DNA of 43,412 bases. It comes from an uncultured Eubacteriales bacterium (GTDB lineage Bacteria; Actinomycetota; Coriobacteriia; Anaerosomatales; JAUVQN01). A program made the translations under genes and the position numbers. The notes below the pieces were generated by a model. That model had not been told where the DNA came from and ran no database searches. It saw nothing but the letters and a program-made list of their open reading frames with translations. The DNA lies in NCBI GenBank assembly GCA_964406675.1, contig CAYOSP010000007.1, positions 6,096-49,507 on the forward strand. Reading direction: 5' to 3'. The stretch's first letter is position 1, and every line of letters begins with the position of its first letter. Shown one piece after another: positions 26,935-36,478 of this stretch.

Positions 26935-27798
26935 ATGAGACGATTCCTCGCGAGATGGTTCGGCGGTGACGCGACCAGGGCTGGACTGACCGCGATGCTG
27001 GTCGTGTCGGCGGTCCTGGCGCTCGCTCTGGGGATCGCCACGGTGATCGGTGATCCGCCCGGCGCCGATCCGCGTGACGGTCCGATCGGATCGCTCGATC
27101 CGGACGCGGCGGCAGGGGGGGTCGAGTCGTCCGAGTCGAGGAGCTTGGCCGACTTGTCCGGAGCAGGCGCCGAGTCGACTCAGGCTGTGCCCGCGGACGA
27201 CGACCCTTCGGACGGTGACCCTTCGGGAGCGGAGATCGCCGCGGACCTCGAGGGTCTCCGTTCGGAGCCCGACGATCCGTCCGGCCCCGCCACGGGCGAG
27301 GACCCCGCGGATCTGAACGGCGGTCAGGACGGCGGTCAGGACGGCGGTCCTTCGGAGGATCCGTTCGGAGCCGAGTACCTGGAGGCGCGATGGGGGCAGG
27401 ACGCGCTCCCGGAGATGCTCGGATCGCTGCTCGTCAAGACGCAGGTCTCAGGGGACGGCGATCAGCTGGAAGCCCACTATGCAGGCACTCAGGGATCGGC
27501 GATCGACATCGCGAAGGTCACGATCACCGACGCCGGGTCTTCCGAGGCGGCATCGGAGGAACTCGAAGGGCGCCTGGAGGGGTATCCGGATGCACGACTC
27601 TCGTTCGATCTGGGGACTCGTTCGATCAGGCAGGGGGCCACACTCGAGGAGCATCCGGAGGACTTCCCGCCCGCTCTCCAGTTCGCATGGGTCGACGGAC
27701 GTTACCTGATCCGATGCATCGCCGTACCGGTGCGGCCGGGCGGCGCGGTCTTTGCTCGCGAGGAGATCCTGGGTGCGGTGGCCGCTCTTCCGTACTGA
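26935..27798 (+). CDS. Hypothetical membrane-anchored protein with acidic low-complexity stalk
   Basis: GGAGG RBS; TM helix; Asp/Gly/Pro/Ser-rich region incl. GGQD tandem repeat; globular-looking C-terminal domain. Confidence 0.7.
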   Translation: MRRFLARWFGGDATRAGLTAMLVVSAVLALALGIATVIGDPPGADPRDGPIGSLDPDAAAGGVESSESRSLADLSGAGAESTQAVPADDDPSDGDPSGAEIAADLEGLRSEPDDPSGPATGEDPADLNGGQDGGQDGGPSEDPFGAEYLEARWGQDALPEMLGSLLVKTQVSGDGDQLEAHYAGTQGSAIDIAKVTITDAGSSEAASEELEGRLEGYPDARLSFDLGTRSIRQGATLEEHPEDFPPALQFAWVDGRYLIRCIAVPVRPGGAVFAREEILGAVAALPY

Positions 27799-27813
27799 GG
27801 AGGGAATCTACCG

Positions 27814-29934
27814 ATGCAGGAAGGGATTCGCATGGTGAAGCCGTTCCACGGCGCCGCGTACGCCGCACTCGTCACGATCGTGTTAGCCGCCCTCGTCGTG
27901 AGTGGCGTTCCTTCAGCCGCCGCGACCTCGGACGTCGAACGACTCCCGATCCCCGGTCCGCAGGTCTACGTGGCCGTCGGCGACGAAGCGTTGTACTTCG
28001 GGTCCGATGAGGACGGGGACGGGGATCACGATCTCATAGGCAAGATGCTCGGGACCGCGGGGACCACCGTGATCGCGAGTGGTCCCGGCAACCAGTGGCA
28101 ACCCGCCGTGAACGGCAGAGTCCTCGTGTATGTCGATCAAGCCCCTCCGGATCCAGGCGGAGGCGCGCCGGTGACCTCCAGGGTCGTCGCTCGGGATCTC
28201 ATCACTGGTGCGACCCGGGAGCTCTCCGTGGAAGAGGGGTTGCGATCGAGCCCGACGGTTCACGGCGGACGGGTCGCGTGGGTGGAGGTCGACGAAGGGG
28301 AGAGCGGCTCCATCGTCTACTGTGACCTCGACGTGGACGACGACGGCGTGCCGGACTTCGCGGAAAGCGACGGTCCCGCTCCGTCGGCGCCTCAGGTCGT
28401 CGTCACCGGCCCCGGAGCCCGCTCGCCGAGTCTTGGGAGCGCGGGATTGGTGTATGCCGAAGAAGCGGACGGGGACGTTCGGGTGATGCGCAAGCCGGAT
28501 CCTCCGGGCGCCACGGAGGTGACGGTCGCCGGGTCGACCGGCGGGGTCTCCAAGCCTCGGCCGAGGACGTCTGGAGACCTGATCTGCTGGACCGGGAGAG
28601 CGTCCGGGATCGACAGGGTATACGTGCGCGATCTGAGTGCCGGGACGACGAAGGCGACGAGCTCGTCGGATTCGAGTTCCCGACTCCCGGTCACCGACGG
28701 GACGCGTGTCGCTTGGGTAGAGGGGTACTGGTCCGACACCCCGTCCGTGTGGGTATCGGAAGGCTCGGAGACACGGCGGCTTCACACGGCGGACGGCGTC
28801 GTCGGATCGACGAGTCTCGAGGACGGACTGCTCGCTTGGACCGAGGTCGTCGATGAGAGCACGTTGGATTCGGATGTCTTCTACCACTCGATGACAGGAG
28901 AGGACGACGGCTCCCCTGCGGATGAGGACGAGGGCATCGAGCGTCTCAGTGGCGCCACGCGCTACGACACGGCTGTCGCGATCGCCCGAGAGGCGTTCGA
29001 TCCCGGCGGCGACGGGAAGTGGCCGGGGGTCGCACACGTGGTCATCGCCTCAGGAGCCGACGACCATATGGTCGATTCACTTCCGGCCGCGGGACTCTCT
29101 TGGCTCTACGACGCGCCGCTGCTGATCGCGCATCCGGACCCCGCGAGCAACTCGGCCGCGAAGTCGGTGCTCTCGGAGATCGTGGCGGCGAACGGCTCGG
29201 TGGACCTGCACGTGGTCGGAGGCACGGCTTCGGTCAGCGACGCGGTCTACCGGGATCTGGCCGCGGTCGTTCCGGGATCCGCGACGGCCCCGGATCGGAT
29301 CGCCGGGCCCGACAGATACGCCACGGCGGTGGCCGTGGCGCGTCGGATACATGCTCGCGCGGGATCCGAGGGAAAGGCGACGCCGAACGAGGCGCTCGTG
29401 GCCGCAGCCGTCACGGACGGCAATCTGTTCGACGCGCTCGCGCTCTCCGCCTTGTCGGCGAGACGAGGGGCCCCGGTCCTACTGGTACGTCCGTCGGAGC
29501 TTCCTGAGGTCACACGGAATGAACTGGAGACCCTGGCTCCCGGTACGGTGGTGCTCGCCGGCGGTGAGGGCGCGATCTCGGACACCACGAAGCGGTCGAT
29601 CGACGCAGTGGTCCCGACCACATGCCTCCGGTGGGGTGGAGCGGACAGGTACGCGACATCCGTCGTCATCGCTCGGGAGGCGATCGCGCGCGGTTGGTTG
29701 ACGCCTCGCACGATCGGAGTCGCCGCGATGCTCCCGGACGCTTTGACCGGCGGGGGCGCCGTCGGTCGATCGGGCGGGCCGTTGCTCACCACGAGGTCGA
29801 CGTCGCTGCATCACGAAGTGGCCGGATGGATGTCGGAGAGGCGTGCCGACATCCGCCGTTGCGAGGTGTACGGAGGAGAAGGCGTGTTGTCCGACGGCGT
29901 GTTCAGCGAGATCCGCGCGCTCTTGGGGCTGTGA
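27814..29934 (+). CDS. Cell-surface protein: beta-propeller-like N-terminus + three CWB2 (cell wall binding repeat 2) domains
   Basis: Sec signal; repeats PAVNGRVLVY, PTVHGGRVAW, PVTDGTRVAW; DxDxDG motifs; CWB2 signatures RLSGATRYDTA, RIAGPDRYATA, RWGGADRYATS. Confidence 0.88.
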   Translation: MQEGIRMVKPFHGAAYAALVTIVLAALVVSGVPSAAATSDVERLPIPGPQVYVAVGDEALYFGSDEDGDGDHDLIGKMLGTAGTTVIASGPGNQWQPAVNGRVLVYVDQAPPDPGGGAPVTSRVVARDLITGATRELSVEEGLRSSPTVHGGRVAWVEVDEGESGSIVYCDLDVDDDGVPDFAESDGPAPSAPQVVVTGPGARSPSLGSAGLVYAEEADGDVRVMRKPDPPGATEVTVAGSTGGVSKPRPRTSGDLICWTGRASGIDRVYVRDLSAGTTKATSSSDSSSRLPVTDGTRVAWVEGYWSDTPSVWVSEGSETRRLHTADGVVGSTSLEDGLLAWTEVVDESTLDSDVFYHSMTGEDDGSPADEDEGIERLSGATRYDTAVAIAREAFDPGGDGKWPGVAHVVIASGADDHMVDSLPAAGLSWLYDAPLLIAHPDPASNSAAKSVLSEIVAANGSVDLHVVGGTASVSDAVYRDLAAVVPGSATAPDRIAGPDRYATAVAVARRIHARAGSEGKATPNEALVAAAVTDGNLFDALALSALSARRGAPVLLVRPSELPEVTRNELETLAPGTVVLAGGEGAISDTTKRSIDAVVPTTCLRWGGADRYATSVVIAREAIARGWLTPRTIGVAAMLPDALTGGGAVGRSGGPLLTTRSTSLHHEVAGWMSERRADIRRCEVYGGEGVLSDGVFSEIRALLGL

Positions 29935-30085
29935 CCGAAGGAGCGGAGCCGGCCACGGTGGAAGTGTTCCGGTCCTGAGATAGGGTAGATAGGATACCGA
30001 GGTTTCCTCTACCGTTCTGTTGAGCGCCCCGTTCGTCGGGGCCGCGAGGGGAGCCGTCTCGTCAGTCGACGCACAGGAGGGGACC

Positions 30086-31081
30086 ATGCCGAAGCTCACC
30101 GCCGATACCGTTCGCGTGCCCGGGGACGTGCCGCAGGACGCTCGCGACACCTACGTGGACAGCTACCTCAAGGCGACCCGGGGCACCGGCAGGCTCATGC
30201 TGTTCGCCTGCGACCAGAAGATCGAGCACCTCAACGACGACTTCCACGGCGAGGGCATCTCGCCCGACGACGCCGAGCCCGAGCACCTCTTCAGGATCGG
30301 CGACCAGGGTGAGATCGGGGTGCTCGCCGGCCAGCGTGGCCTGGTGGCACGCTGGGCGCGGGACTACCCGGACATCAACTACCTGGTGAAGATGAACTCG
30401 AAGACGAACCTGGTGAAGGGCAGCCAGGACGACCCCTACTCCCCCCAGCTCTACGACATCATGTCCGTGGTCGAGATGCGGGAGTCCGGCGTCAACGTGG
30501 TGGGCCTCGGCTATACCGTCTACATCGGGTCCGAGTACGAGTCGCAGATGATGCTCGAGGCGGGCCAGCTCATCGCGGACGCTCACGCGCTCGGCCTGGT
30601 CGTCGTACTGTGGCTCTACCCGCGCGGCAAGGCCGTCGCGGACGAGAAGGACGCGCACCTCATCGCCGGCGCCGCCGGTGTCGCGCACTGCCTCGGCGCC
30701 GATTTCGTGAAGGTGAACCCTCCGAAGGCCGACGACCCGGCGAAGGCGCTGCGCGAGGCCGCGATGGCCTGCGGGTCGCTGGGCAGCGACGCGGACGCGG
30801 GCTCGACCCCGGTCAAGGGCACCGGGCTCGTGTGCGCCGGCGGTTCGACGGTGGCGGCCGACCGGTTCCTCACCCAGCTCTACGATCAGATCCACACCGG
30901 TGGCGCCATCGGCAACGCGACGGGGCGCAACCTCCACCAGCGCGACCTCGACGAGGCCGTGCGCCTCACCAAGGCGATCTCCGCGATCACCCTGCTGGAC
31001 AGCGACGTCGAGACGGCGTTCGCGGTCTTCCAGGGCGAGAAGGACTTCGCCTCCCTGGAGGGCGCGTCGGAGCTCGTCTGA
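30086..31081 (+). CDS. Class I (DhnA-type) fructose-bisphosphate aldolase
   Basis: LFACDQKIEH, LVKMNSKT, VLWLYPRG, GADFVKVNPP (Schiff-base Lys), CAGG, ATGRN; AGGAGG RBS. Confidence 0.85.
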   Translation: MPKLTADTVRVPGDVPQDARDTYVDSYLKATRGTGRLMLFACDQKIEHLNDDFHGEGISPDDAEPEHLFRIGDQGEIGVLAGQRGLVARWARDYPDINYLVKMNSKTNLVKGSQDDPYSPQLYDIMSVVEMRESGVNVVGLGYTVYIGSEYESQMMLEAGQLIADAHALGLVVVLWLYPRGKAVADEKDAHLIAGAAGVAHCLGADFVKVNPPKADDPAKALREAAMACGSLGSDADAGSTPVKGTGLVCAGGSTVAADRFLTQLYDQIHTGGAIGNATGRNLHQRDLDEAVRLTKAISAITLLDSDVETAFAVFQGEKDFASLEGASELV

Positions 31082-31219
31082 CGAGGTCCGTGCGGCTTCT
31101 GTGACGGGACCCGTTCGACTGGTGTGAGGGGACCGGTGTAGTAGGATACGCTCGACCGCATACGACGACATGACGGCACCGTCGGCGCCCATGCCGGCGG
31201 TGCTTCGGTCAGGGAGCCT

Positions 31220-32119
31220 ATGCCGATCTCCGACTGGTTCAGATCCCGTGAAGAGCATCGCTACACCTTGAGCAAGCAGCCCGAGGGCGGTTCGGCCAAG
31301 GCCCACGGCGCATGGGCCAAGTGCGACGAGTGCGGTCACATCCTGTTCGAGGGCGAGTTGGCCTCGACGGTGGGCGTCTGTCCCAAGTGCGATCACCACG
31401 GCCGCCTCGGAGCACGCCGGCGGATCGAGATGCTCGCCGATGACGACTCGTTCGTGGAGTCATGGGGCGATCTGCGCTCCGGGGATCCGCTCGCCTTCGA
31501 CGCGGGCAAGCCCTACGCGGCCGGTCTCGAGGACGCTCGCGAGAAGACCGGCCTCGACGAGGCGGTGGCGGTCGGCCGGGCGAGTATCGACTCGCACGCC
31601 GTCATGCTGGGCGCGATGGACTTCGGGTTCGTGGGTGGATCGATGGGCTCGGTGGTCGGGGAGAAGATCGTCCGCGCGTTCGACCGGGCCGCCGCGGACG
31701 GTCTTCCGGTCGTGCTCGCTATCGCCTCGGGCGGCGCTCGGATGCAGGAGGGGATGCTCTCGCTCATGCAGATGGCGCGGACGGCCGACGCGGCGCGCAG
31801 GTTCTCGGAGCGCCGGGTCTCCGGTCGCGCGCTTCCATACGTCGCGATACTCACGCATCCCACCACCGGCGGCGTCACCGCGTCGTTCGCGGCGCTCGCC
31901 GACGTGACCCTCGCCGAACCCGGGGCCCTCATCGGATTCGCCGGACCGCGGGTCATCGAGCAGACCGTCCGGGAGAAGCTGCCGAAGGGCTTCCAGTCGG
32001 CGGAGGCGGTCATGTCGCAGGGCTTCGTCGACGAGGTGGTCCATCGCACCGAGCTCAGGGACCGCGTGGCCACCGTCCTCGGTCATCTCGGCGGTCATCT
32101 CGCGGGAGGCGCGCGATGA
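31220..32119 (+). CDS. accD: Acetyl-CoA carboxylase carboxyltransferase beta subunit
   Basis: Zn finger WAKCDEC...CPKC, GGSMGSVVGEKI, SGGARMQEG, HPTTGGVTASFA, GFAGPRVIEQT. Confidence 0.95.
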   Translation: MPISDWFRSREEHRYTLSKQPEGGSAKAHGAWAKCDECGHILFEGELASTVGVCPKCDHHGRLGARRRIEMLADDDSFVESWGDLRSGDPLAFDAGKPYAAGLEDAREKTGLDEAVAVGRASIDSHAVMLGAMDFGFVGGSMGSVVGEKIVRAFDRAAADGLPVVLAIASGGARMQEGMLSLMQMARTADAARRFSERRVSGRALPYVAILTHPTTGGVTASFAALADVTLAEPGALIGFAGPRVIEQTVREKLPKGFQSAEAVMSQGFVDEVVHRTELRDRVATVLGHLGGHLAGGAR

Positions 32120-33096
32120 GCGGGCGCTACGTCATGGAGTTCGAGCGCCCGCTGGCCGAGCTCGAGCGGAAACTGCAGGGGCTCAAGGACATCGACATCT
32201 CGGGCGACCCGGCGCTCGCCACGGAGATCGAGGCGCTCACCCGCCGGATCAACGAGCTCAAGCGCACCCTCTACACCTCGCTCACCCCGTGGCAGAAGGT
32301 ACAGGTCGCCCGCCATCCGGACCGCCCCAAGACGCAGGACTACCTTCGCGAGCTCTTCGAGGACGTGGTCGAGTTGCGGGGGGACCGCGCGTTCCGGGAC
32401 GATCAGGCCATCGTCACGGCCATCGCCTCGATCGACGGTCGGGGGACGATGGTCATCGGTCACAGGAAGGGCAGGACGACAAAGGAGAACCTCGCCTATC
32501 ACTTCGGCATGGCCCACCCCGAGGGCTTCCGCAAGGCGATCAGAGCGATGCGGCTCGCGGACCGGTTCGGGCTGCCGGTGGTGACCTTCATCGACACCCA
32601 GGGCGCCTACCCCGGTGTCGGTGCGGAGGAACGTGGTGTGGCCTGGGCCATCGCCGAATGTCTGGCCACGATCACCGGCGTGCGCGTCCCCGTCGTGGCG
32701 GTCGGCATCGGTGAGGGAGGCAGCGGAGGGGCGCTCGCCGTCGGCTACGGCGACCGGCTCATCATGCTGGAGAACTCCTACTACTCGGTCATCACGCCGG
32801 AGGCCTGCGCGTCGATCCTGTTCAAGGATCCGGGACGCGCGCCCGACGTGGTCGACTCGCTGTGGCTCACCGCCGACGAGGTGAGGGAACTCGGCATCGC
32901 GGACGAGGTGCTGCGCGAACCGCTCGGCGGCGCGCACTGCGATCACGACGAGGTGTTCGGTAGCGTCCGTGAGGCCGTCGTCCGCGCGCTGGACGGACTC
33001 GGCGCCGAGCCGGTCGACGCGCTGCTCGCGCGACGCCGGGAACGGCTCCATCGCGTGGGTATGGTGAAAGAGACGACCGATCCCGAGGGGGACTGA
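32116..33096 (+). CDS. accA: Acetyl-CoA carboxylase carboxyltransferase alpha subunit
   Basis: ATGA overlap; MEFERPL, ARHPDRP, FGMAHPEGFRKA, GAYPGVGAEERG, GEGGSGGALA, YSVITPEACASIL. Confidence 0.95.
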   Translation: MSGRYVMEFERPLAELERKLQGLKDIDISGDPALATEIEALTRRINELKRTLYTSLTPWQKVQVARHPDRPKTQDYLRELFEDVVELRGDRAFRDDQAIVTAIASIDGRGTMVIGHRKGRTTKENLAYHFGMAHPEGFRKAIRAMRLADRFGLPVVTFIDTQGAYPGVGAEERGVAWAIAECLATITGVRVPVVAVGIGEGGSGGALAVGYGDRLIMLENSYYSVITPEACASILFKDPGRAPDVVDSLWLTADEVRELGIADEVLREPLGGAHCDHDEVFGSVREAVVRALDGLGAEPVDALLARRRERLHRVGMVKETTDPEGD

Positions 33097-33099
33097 GTG

Positions 33100-34320
33100 A
33101 TGCCCGAGACCGACCTGAAGCGCGTGGGGATGCTGTTCAGCGGGGGTCCCGCGCCCGCCGCCAACGCCGTGATCTCCGCGGCGGTGATGAACCTGGTCAA
33201 CGCCGGCGTGGAGGTGTACGGGCTCCTAGACGGATACCAGCACCTCGCCGAGTTCGACGGGGTGTCCCTCGAGGAGGGTACACACTACCGCAGGCTGGGC
33301 GTGGACGACGTCTCCGGCCACCGGCACACCGGACACATCCTGATACGCACGTCCCGCTCGAACCCCGGCAAGCCGATCGAAGTCGAGGCCGACCTCGCCG
33401 ACCCGGAGAAGAGCGCGGGGCTCAAGCGCGTGTACGACGCGCTGGAGAGTCTCGGGATCGACGCGCTCATCTCGATCGGCGGCGACGATACGCTCAAGAC
33501 GGCGAATTACCTGTACCGCATGCAGGAGCTGCGCGACGACGTGCCCCCGCTGCGGATCGTGCACCTGCCGAAGACCATCGACAACGACTACTTCGGGATC
33601 GACTGGACGTTCGGCTTCACCACCGCGGCCGATTTCGCCTCGCGTGAGATACGCAACCTCCTCGACGACGCCAAGTCCACGAACTCCTGGTGGATCCTCG
33701 AGATCATGGGCCGCAAGGCCGGCTGGCTCACGTACGCGTCGGGCATCGCCGGCATGGCGAACAAGATGGTGAGCATCGAGGACATCGACGGCGAGCTGGA
33801 CATAGAGCGCCTGGCGGAGGAGATCGTCGAGCTGATCAGCCATCGCAGGGACGACGGGCGCTGCTACGGGGCCGTGTGCATCGCCGAGGGCCTGGCGGAC
33901 AAGTTGCCCGACGACCTGCGTCCCACGGATACGGACATGCACGGGAACATCCGTCTCGGCAAGGCTGAGATCGGTCGCATGCTCGCCGAGCGCGTCCAGG
34001 AACTGGCCGAGGGATGCGGCGGCTTCAAGGTGCGGCACAAGCAGATCGGCTACGAGACCCGCTGCGCGGCGCCGTCGGCCTTCGACGTCCTGCTCGGCAG
34101 CCAGCTCGGGGTGGGAGCCTTCCGCGCGCTCGTCGAGGAGGACGAGACCGGCGTGATGGTGAGCGTGCACGGCCAGCTCGATCTCCGGTACGTGCCGTTC
34201 GGCGAGCTCGTCGATCCCGATACCCTCAAGACCCGCGTGCGGTTCATCGAGCGGGGCAGCGACTTCTACAAGCTCGCTCGCGCGCTCGAGTACCAGAGGC
34301 AGATGCCGGAGGTCGAGTAG
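33100..34320 (+). CDS. 6-phosphofructokinase family, PPi-dependent signature
   Basis: SGGPAPA, IGGDDTL (GGDD), LPKTIDND (Lys), EIMGR, GYETRC. Confidence 0.9.
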   Translation: MPETDLKRVGMLFSGGPAPAANAVISAAVMNLVNAGVEVYGLLDGYQHLAEFDGVSLEEGTHYRRLGVDDVSGHRHTGHILIRTSRSNPGKPIEVEADLADPEKSAGLKRVYDALESLGIDALISIGGDDTLKTANYLYRMQELRDDVPPLRIVHLPKTIDNDYFGIDWTFGFTTAADFASREIRNLLDDAKSTNSWWILEIMGRKAGWLTYASGIAGMANKMVSIEDIDGELDIERLAEEIVELISHRRDDGRCYGAVCIAEGLADKLPDDLRPTDTDMHGNIRLGKAEIGRMLAERVQELAEGCGGFKVRHKQIGYETRCAAPSAFDVLLGSQLGVGAFRALVEEDETGVMVSVHGQLDLRYVPFGELVDPDTLKTRVRFIERGSDFYKLARALEYQRQMPEVE

Positions 34321-34337
34321 GCCGTGGGTGGGCAGGC

Positions 34338-34913
34338 GTGACGTCCCTCGTCGAGCGGCACCATCGAGCCTTCGCCGACGTCGGCGCCGACCTGTTCGCG
34401 AGCGGCGCGGTCTCCTCACACGGCGGGAATCTCTCGGTCAGGGAGGGCGAGCGGATCCTCATCACGCGCCGCGGCGCCATGCTCGGCCGTCTCGGGACCG
34501 ACGACCTCGTCGAGTGCGGTATCGAGGCCGGCCCGGAGGACGAGCGGGCGAGCCGGGAGCTGGTGGTGCACCGTGACATCTACCGGCACACACAGCACGC
34601 GGCCGTCTGTCACGCGCATCCGGTGCACACCATCGCGCGCTCGCTCGCGCACGACGTCATCTCACCGGTGGACTCGGAGTCGAGGCTGGTCGTGGGTGAC
34701 GTGGCCGTGCACGCCTTCGAGCACACCATCGGGTCCGAGGAGGTGGCGCGCGTCTGCGGCGAGTGCCTCCGGGGATCGCCGGTCCTCGTCGTGCGGGGGC
34801 ACGGTCCGTTCGCCGCGGCCGGCACCCTCGAAGAGGCGTTCCAGGCGGTCTCCGTGCTCGAGGTGGCGTGCCGGATCCTCGATCTCGTGGAGTCGCGCGG
34901 ATCCGAGCGGTAG
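34338..34913 (+). CDS. Class II aldolase/adducin family protein
   Basis: GGNLSVR, ASRELVVH, HAHP, VVRGHG zinc-binding His pattern. Confidence 0.88.
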   Translation: MTSLVERHHRAFADVGADLFASGAVSSHGGNLSVREGERILITRRGAMLGRLGTDDLVECGIEAGPEDERASRELVVHRDIYRHTQHAAVCHAHPVHTIARSLAHDVISPVDSESRLVVGDVAVHAFEHTIGSEEVARVCGECLRGSPVLVVRGHGPFAAAGTLEEAFQAVSVLEVACRILDLVESRGSER

Positions 34914-34970
34914 TGTTCGGTCGCCGATCATCCGTCCGACCTATCTGTATACCCATCCCGGCGCTTCGCC

Positions 34971-34998
34971 TGGACGATGTCACCGAGTCCGGTACAAT
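34971..34998 (+). promoter_or_regulatory. Putative sigma70-type promoter of the liv operon
   Basis: TGGACG-n16-TACAAT, ~50 nt upstream of the binding-protein gene. Confidence 0.45.
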
Positions 34999-35049
34999 AT
35001 CCATCTGACCGTATCTGCAGTGGTGACACGTGGGAGGAGAGCAGGACTG

Positions 35050-36294
35050 ATGCAGAACGAACGCATGAGGAGGTTCCTGGCGCTCTTCCTCGTCGTGGCT
35101 CTCGCTCTGGCGACGTTCCTCGTCGCGGGCTGCGAGACCGAGGGCGAGGATGAGGACACCGGGACCGAAGAGGAAGAGAACGGGACGGAGACCGAAGAGG
35201 AGTCCGGTGAGGCCGAGACGATCAAGATCGGCGTCCATACCTCGCTGACCGGCGGATTGGCCGACTACGGGTTCGCCGCGGCCGAGGCGCTCAAGCTCGC
35301 GGCCGAGGACTACGACGGGTTCGAGGACGCGGAAGGGAACGTGTACGAGATCGAGCTCGTCATCAAGGACGACAAGGGCGAGCCCGCTGAGGCGCCGGTC
35401 GTGGCGCAGCAGCTCGTCGACGAGGGGGTCGTGGCGGTCATCGGTTGCCTGACCTCGGGTAACACGAATGCGTCGCTCCCGATCTACCAGGAGGCGGGCA
35501 TACCGCTCATCTCCGGTTCGGCGACCAACCCGGACATCACCGAGGGTGGCGAGTTCGAGAACTTCTTCCGCACGTGCCTGCGTGACGACGTGCAGGGCGC
35601 CGCGCTCGCCGACTGGGCGGTCGAGATGGGCGTCGAGAAGGCCGTCGTCATGGACGATCGCGGCGATTACGCCGTGGGCCTGGGTAACCTCGTGGAGGAG
35701 AACCTGGTAGAGGACGGCGTGGAGGTACAGCGGGAGCAGTGCCAGGAAGGCGACGTCGATTTCTCCGCACAGGTGAACAACGTCAAGGAGTTCGCACCCG
35801 ACGCCCTGATCTTCACGGGCTATCATCGCGAGGCCGGTCTGATGCGCAAGCAGCTCATCGAGACGGGTCTGGGCGACATCACCTTCATGGGCGGCGACGG
35901 CATCAAGTCCGACGAGATCGCCGAGGAAGCCGGTGGCGCGGAGAACGTCCAGGGCATCTTCTCGACCTTCGGCTCGCCCGCGCGCGAGGGGATGGACACG
36001 TTCCCCGTGTTCGCGGAATCCTTCAGGGAAGCGACCGGCGAGGAGCCGGGCCCGTACGCCGAGAACAACTACGACGCGCTCGCGGCTGTCGTGGCGGCCG
36101 TCCAGGAGGCTGGTTCCGCTGATCCCGGGAGCATCATCGAGGCGCTCGGTGAGGTGACGGTCGACGGTCTGGTCGGCGATTTCACCTTCAACGAGAAGGG
36201 CGACATCGCCGTGCCCGGCGCGACCGGCGTGGATCTGATCCCGCGGTTCGAGTTCCAGGGCGACACCTGGGCCTACCTGGGTGACAGCGGCTAG
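35050..36294 (+). CDS. livK: Branched-chain amino acid ABC transporter substrate-binding lipoprotein (LivJ/K-like)
   Basis: Lipobox LVAGC, acidic linker, IKIGV...LTG, DDKGEP, SATNPDIT, FRTCLRDDVQG. Confidence 0.9.
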   Translation: MQNERMRRFLALFLVVALALATFLVAGCETEGEDEDTGTEEEENGTETEEESGEAETIKIGVHTSLTGGLADYGFAAAEALKLAAEDYDGFEDAEGNVYEIELVIKDDKGEPAEAPVVAQQLVDEGVVAVIGCLTSGNTNASLPIYQEAGIPLISGSATNPDITEGGEFENFFRTCLRDDVQGAALADWAVEMGVEKAVVMDDRGDYAVGLGNLVEENLVEDGVEVQREQCQEGDVDFSAQVNNVKEFAPDALIFTGYHREAGLMRKQLIETGLGDITFMGGDGIKSDEIAEEAGGAENVQGIFSTFGSPAREGMDTFPVFAESFREATGEEPGPYAENNYDALAAVVAAVQEAGSADPGSIIEALGEVTVDGLVGDFTFNEKGDIAVPGATGVDLIPRFEFQGDTWAYLGDSG

Positions 36295-36342
36295 TACGTG
36301 TGCGTGTGGACGGGTGCGGCCGCGGTCGTCCCGTCCTCCGTT

Positions 36343-36379
36343 CACGAGGGGCGCAGGGGACCTCCCTGCGCCCCTCGTG
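36343..36379 (+). terminator. Perfect 16-bp stem-loop between the binding-protein and permease genes
   Basis: CACGAGGGGCGCAGGG-gacct-CCCTGCGCCCCTCGTG. Confidence 0.7.
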
Positions 36380-36478
36380 TGTGAGCTTTGCTCGCCTTAG
36401 GCGGTTCTGCTACCGTGACGCAGGTCCGAAGCGGCCGTCGTCGCCCGACGAGCGGTCACGAGTCCGTGAGAGGATCGG

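Noticed and set aside
29940-30080. Imperfect hairpins upstream of the class I aldolase
   Set aside because: No match to a riboswitch I recognise; explainable as promoter and leader sequence in GC-rich DNA.
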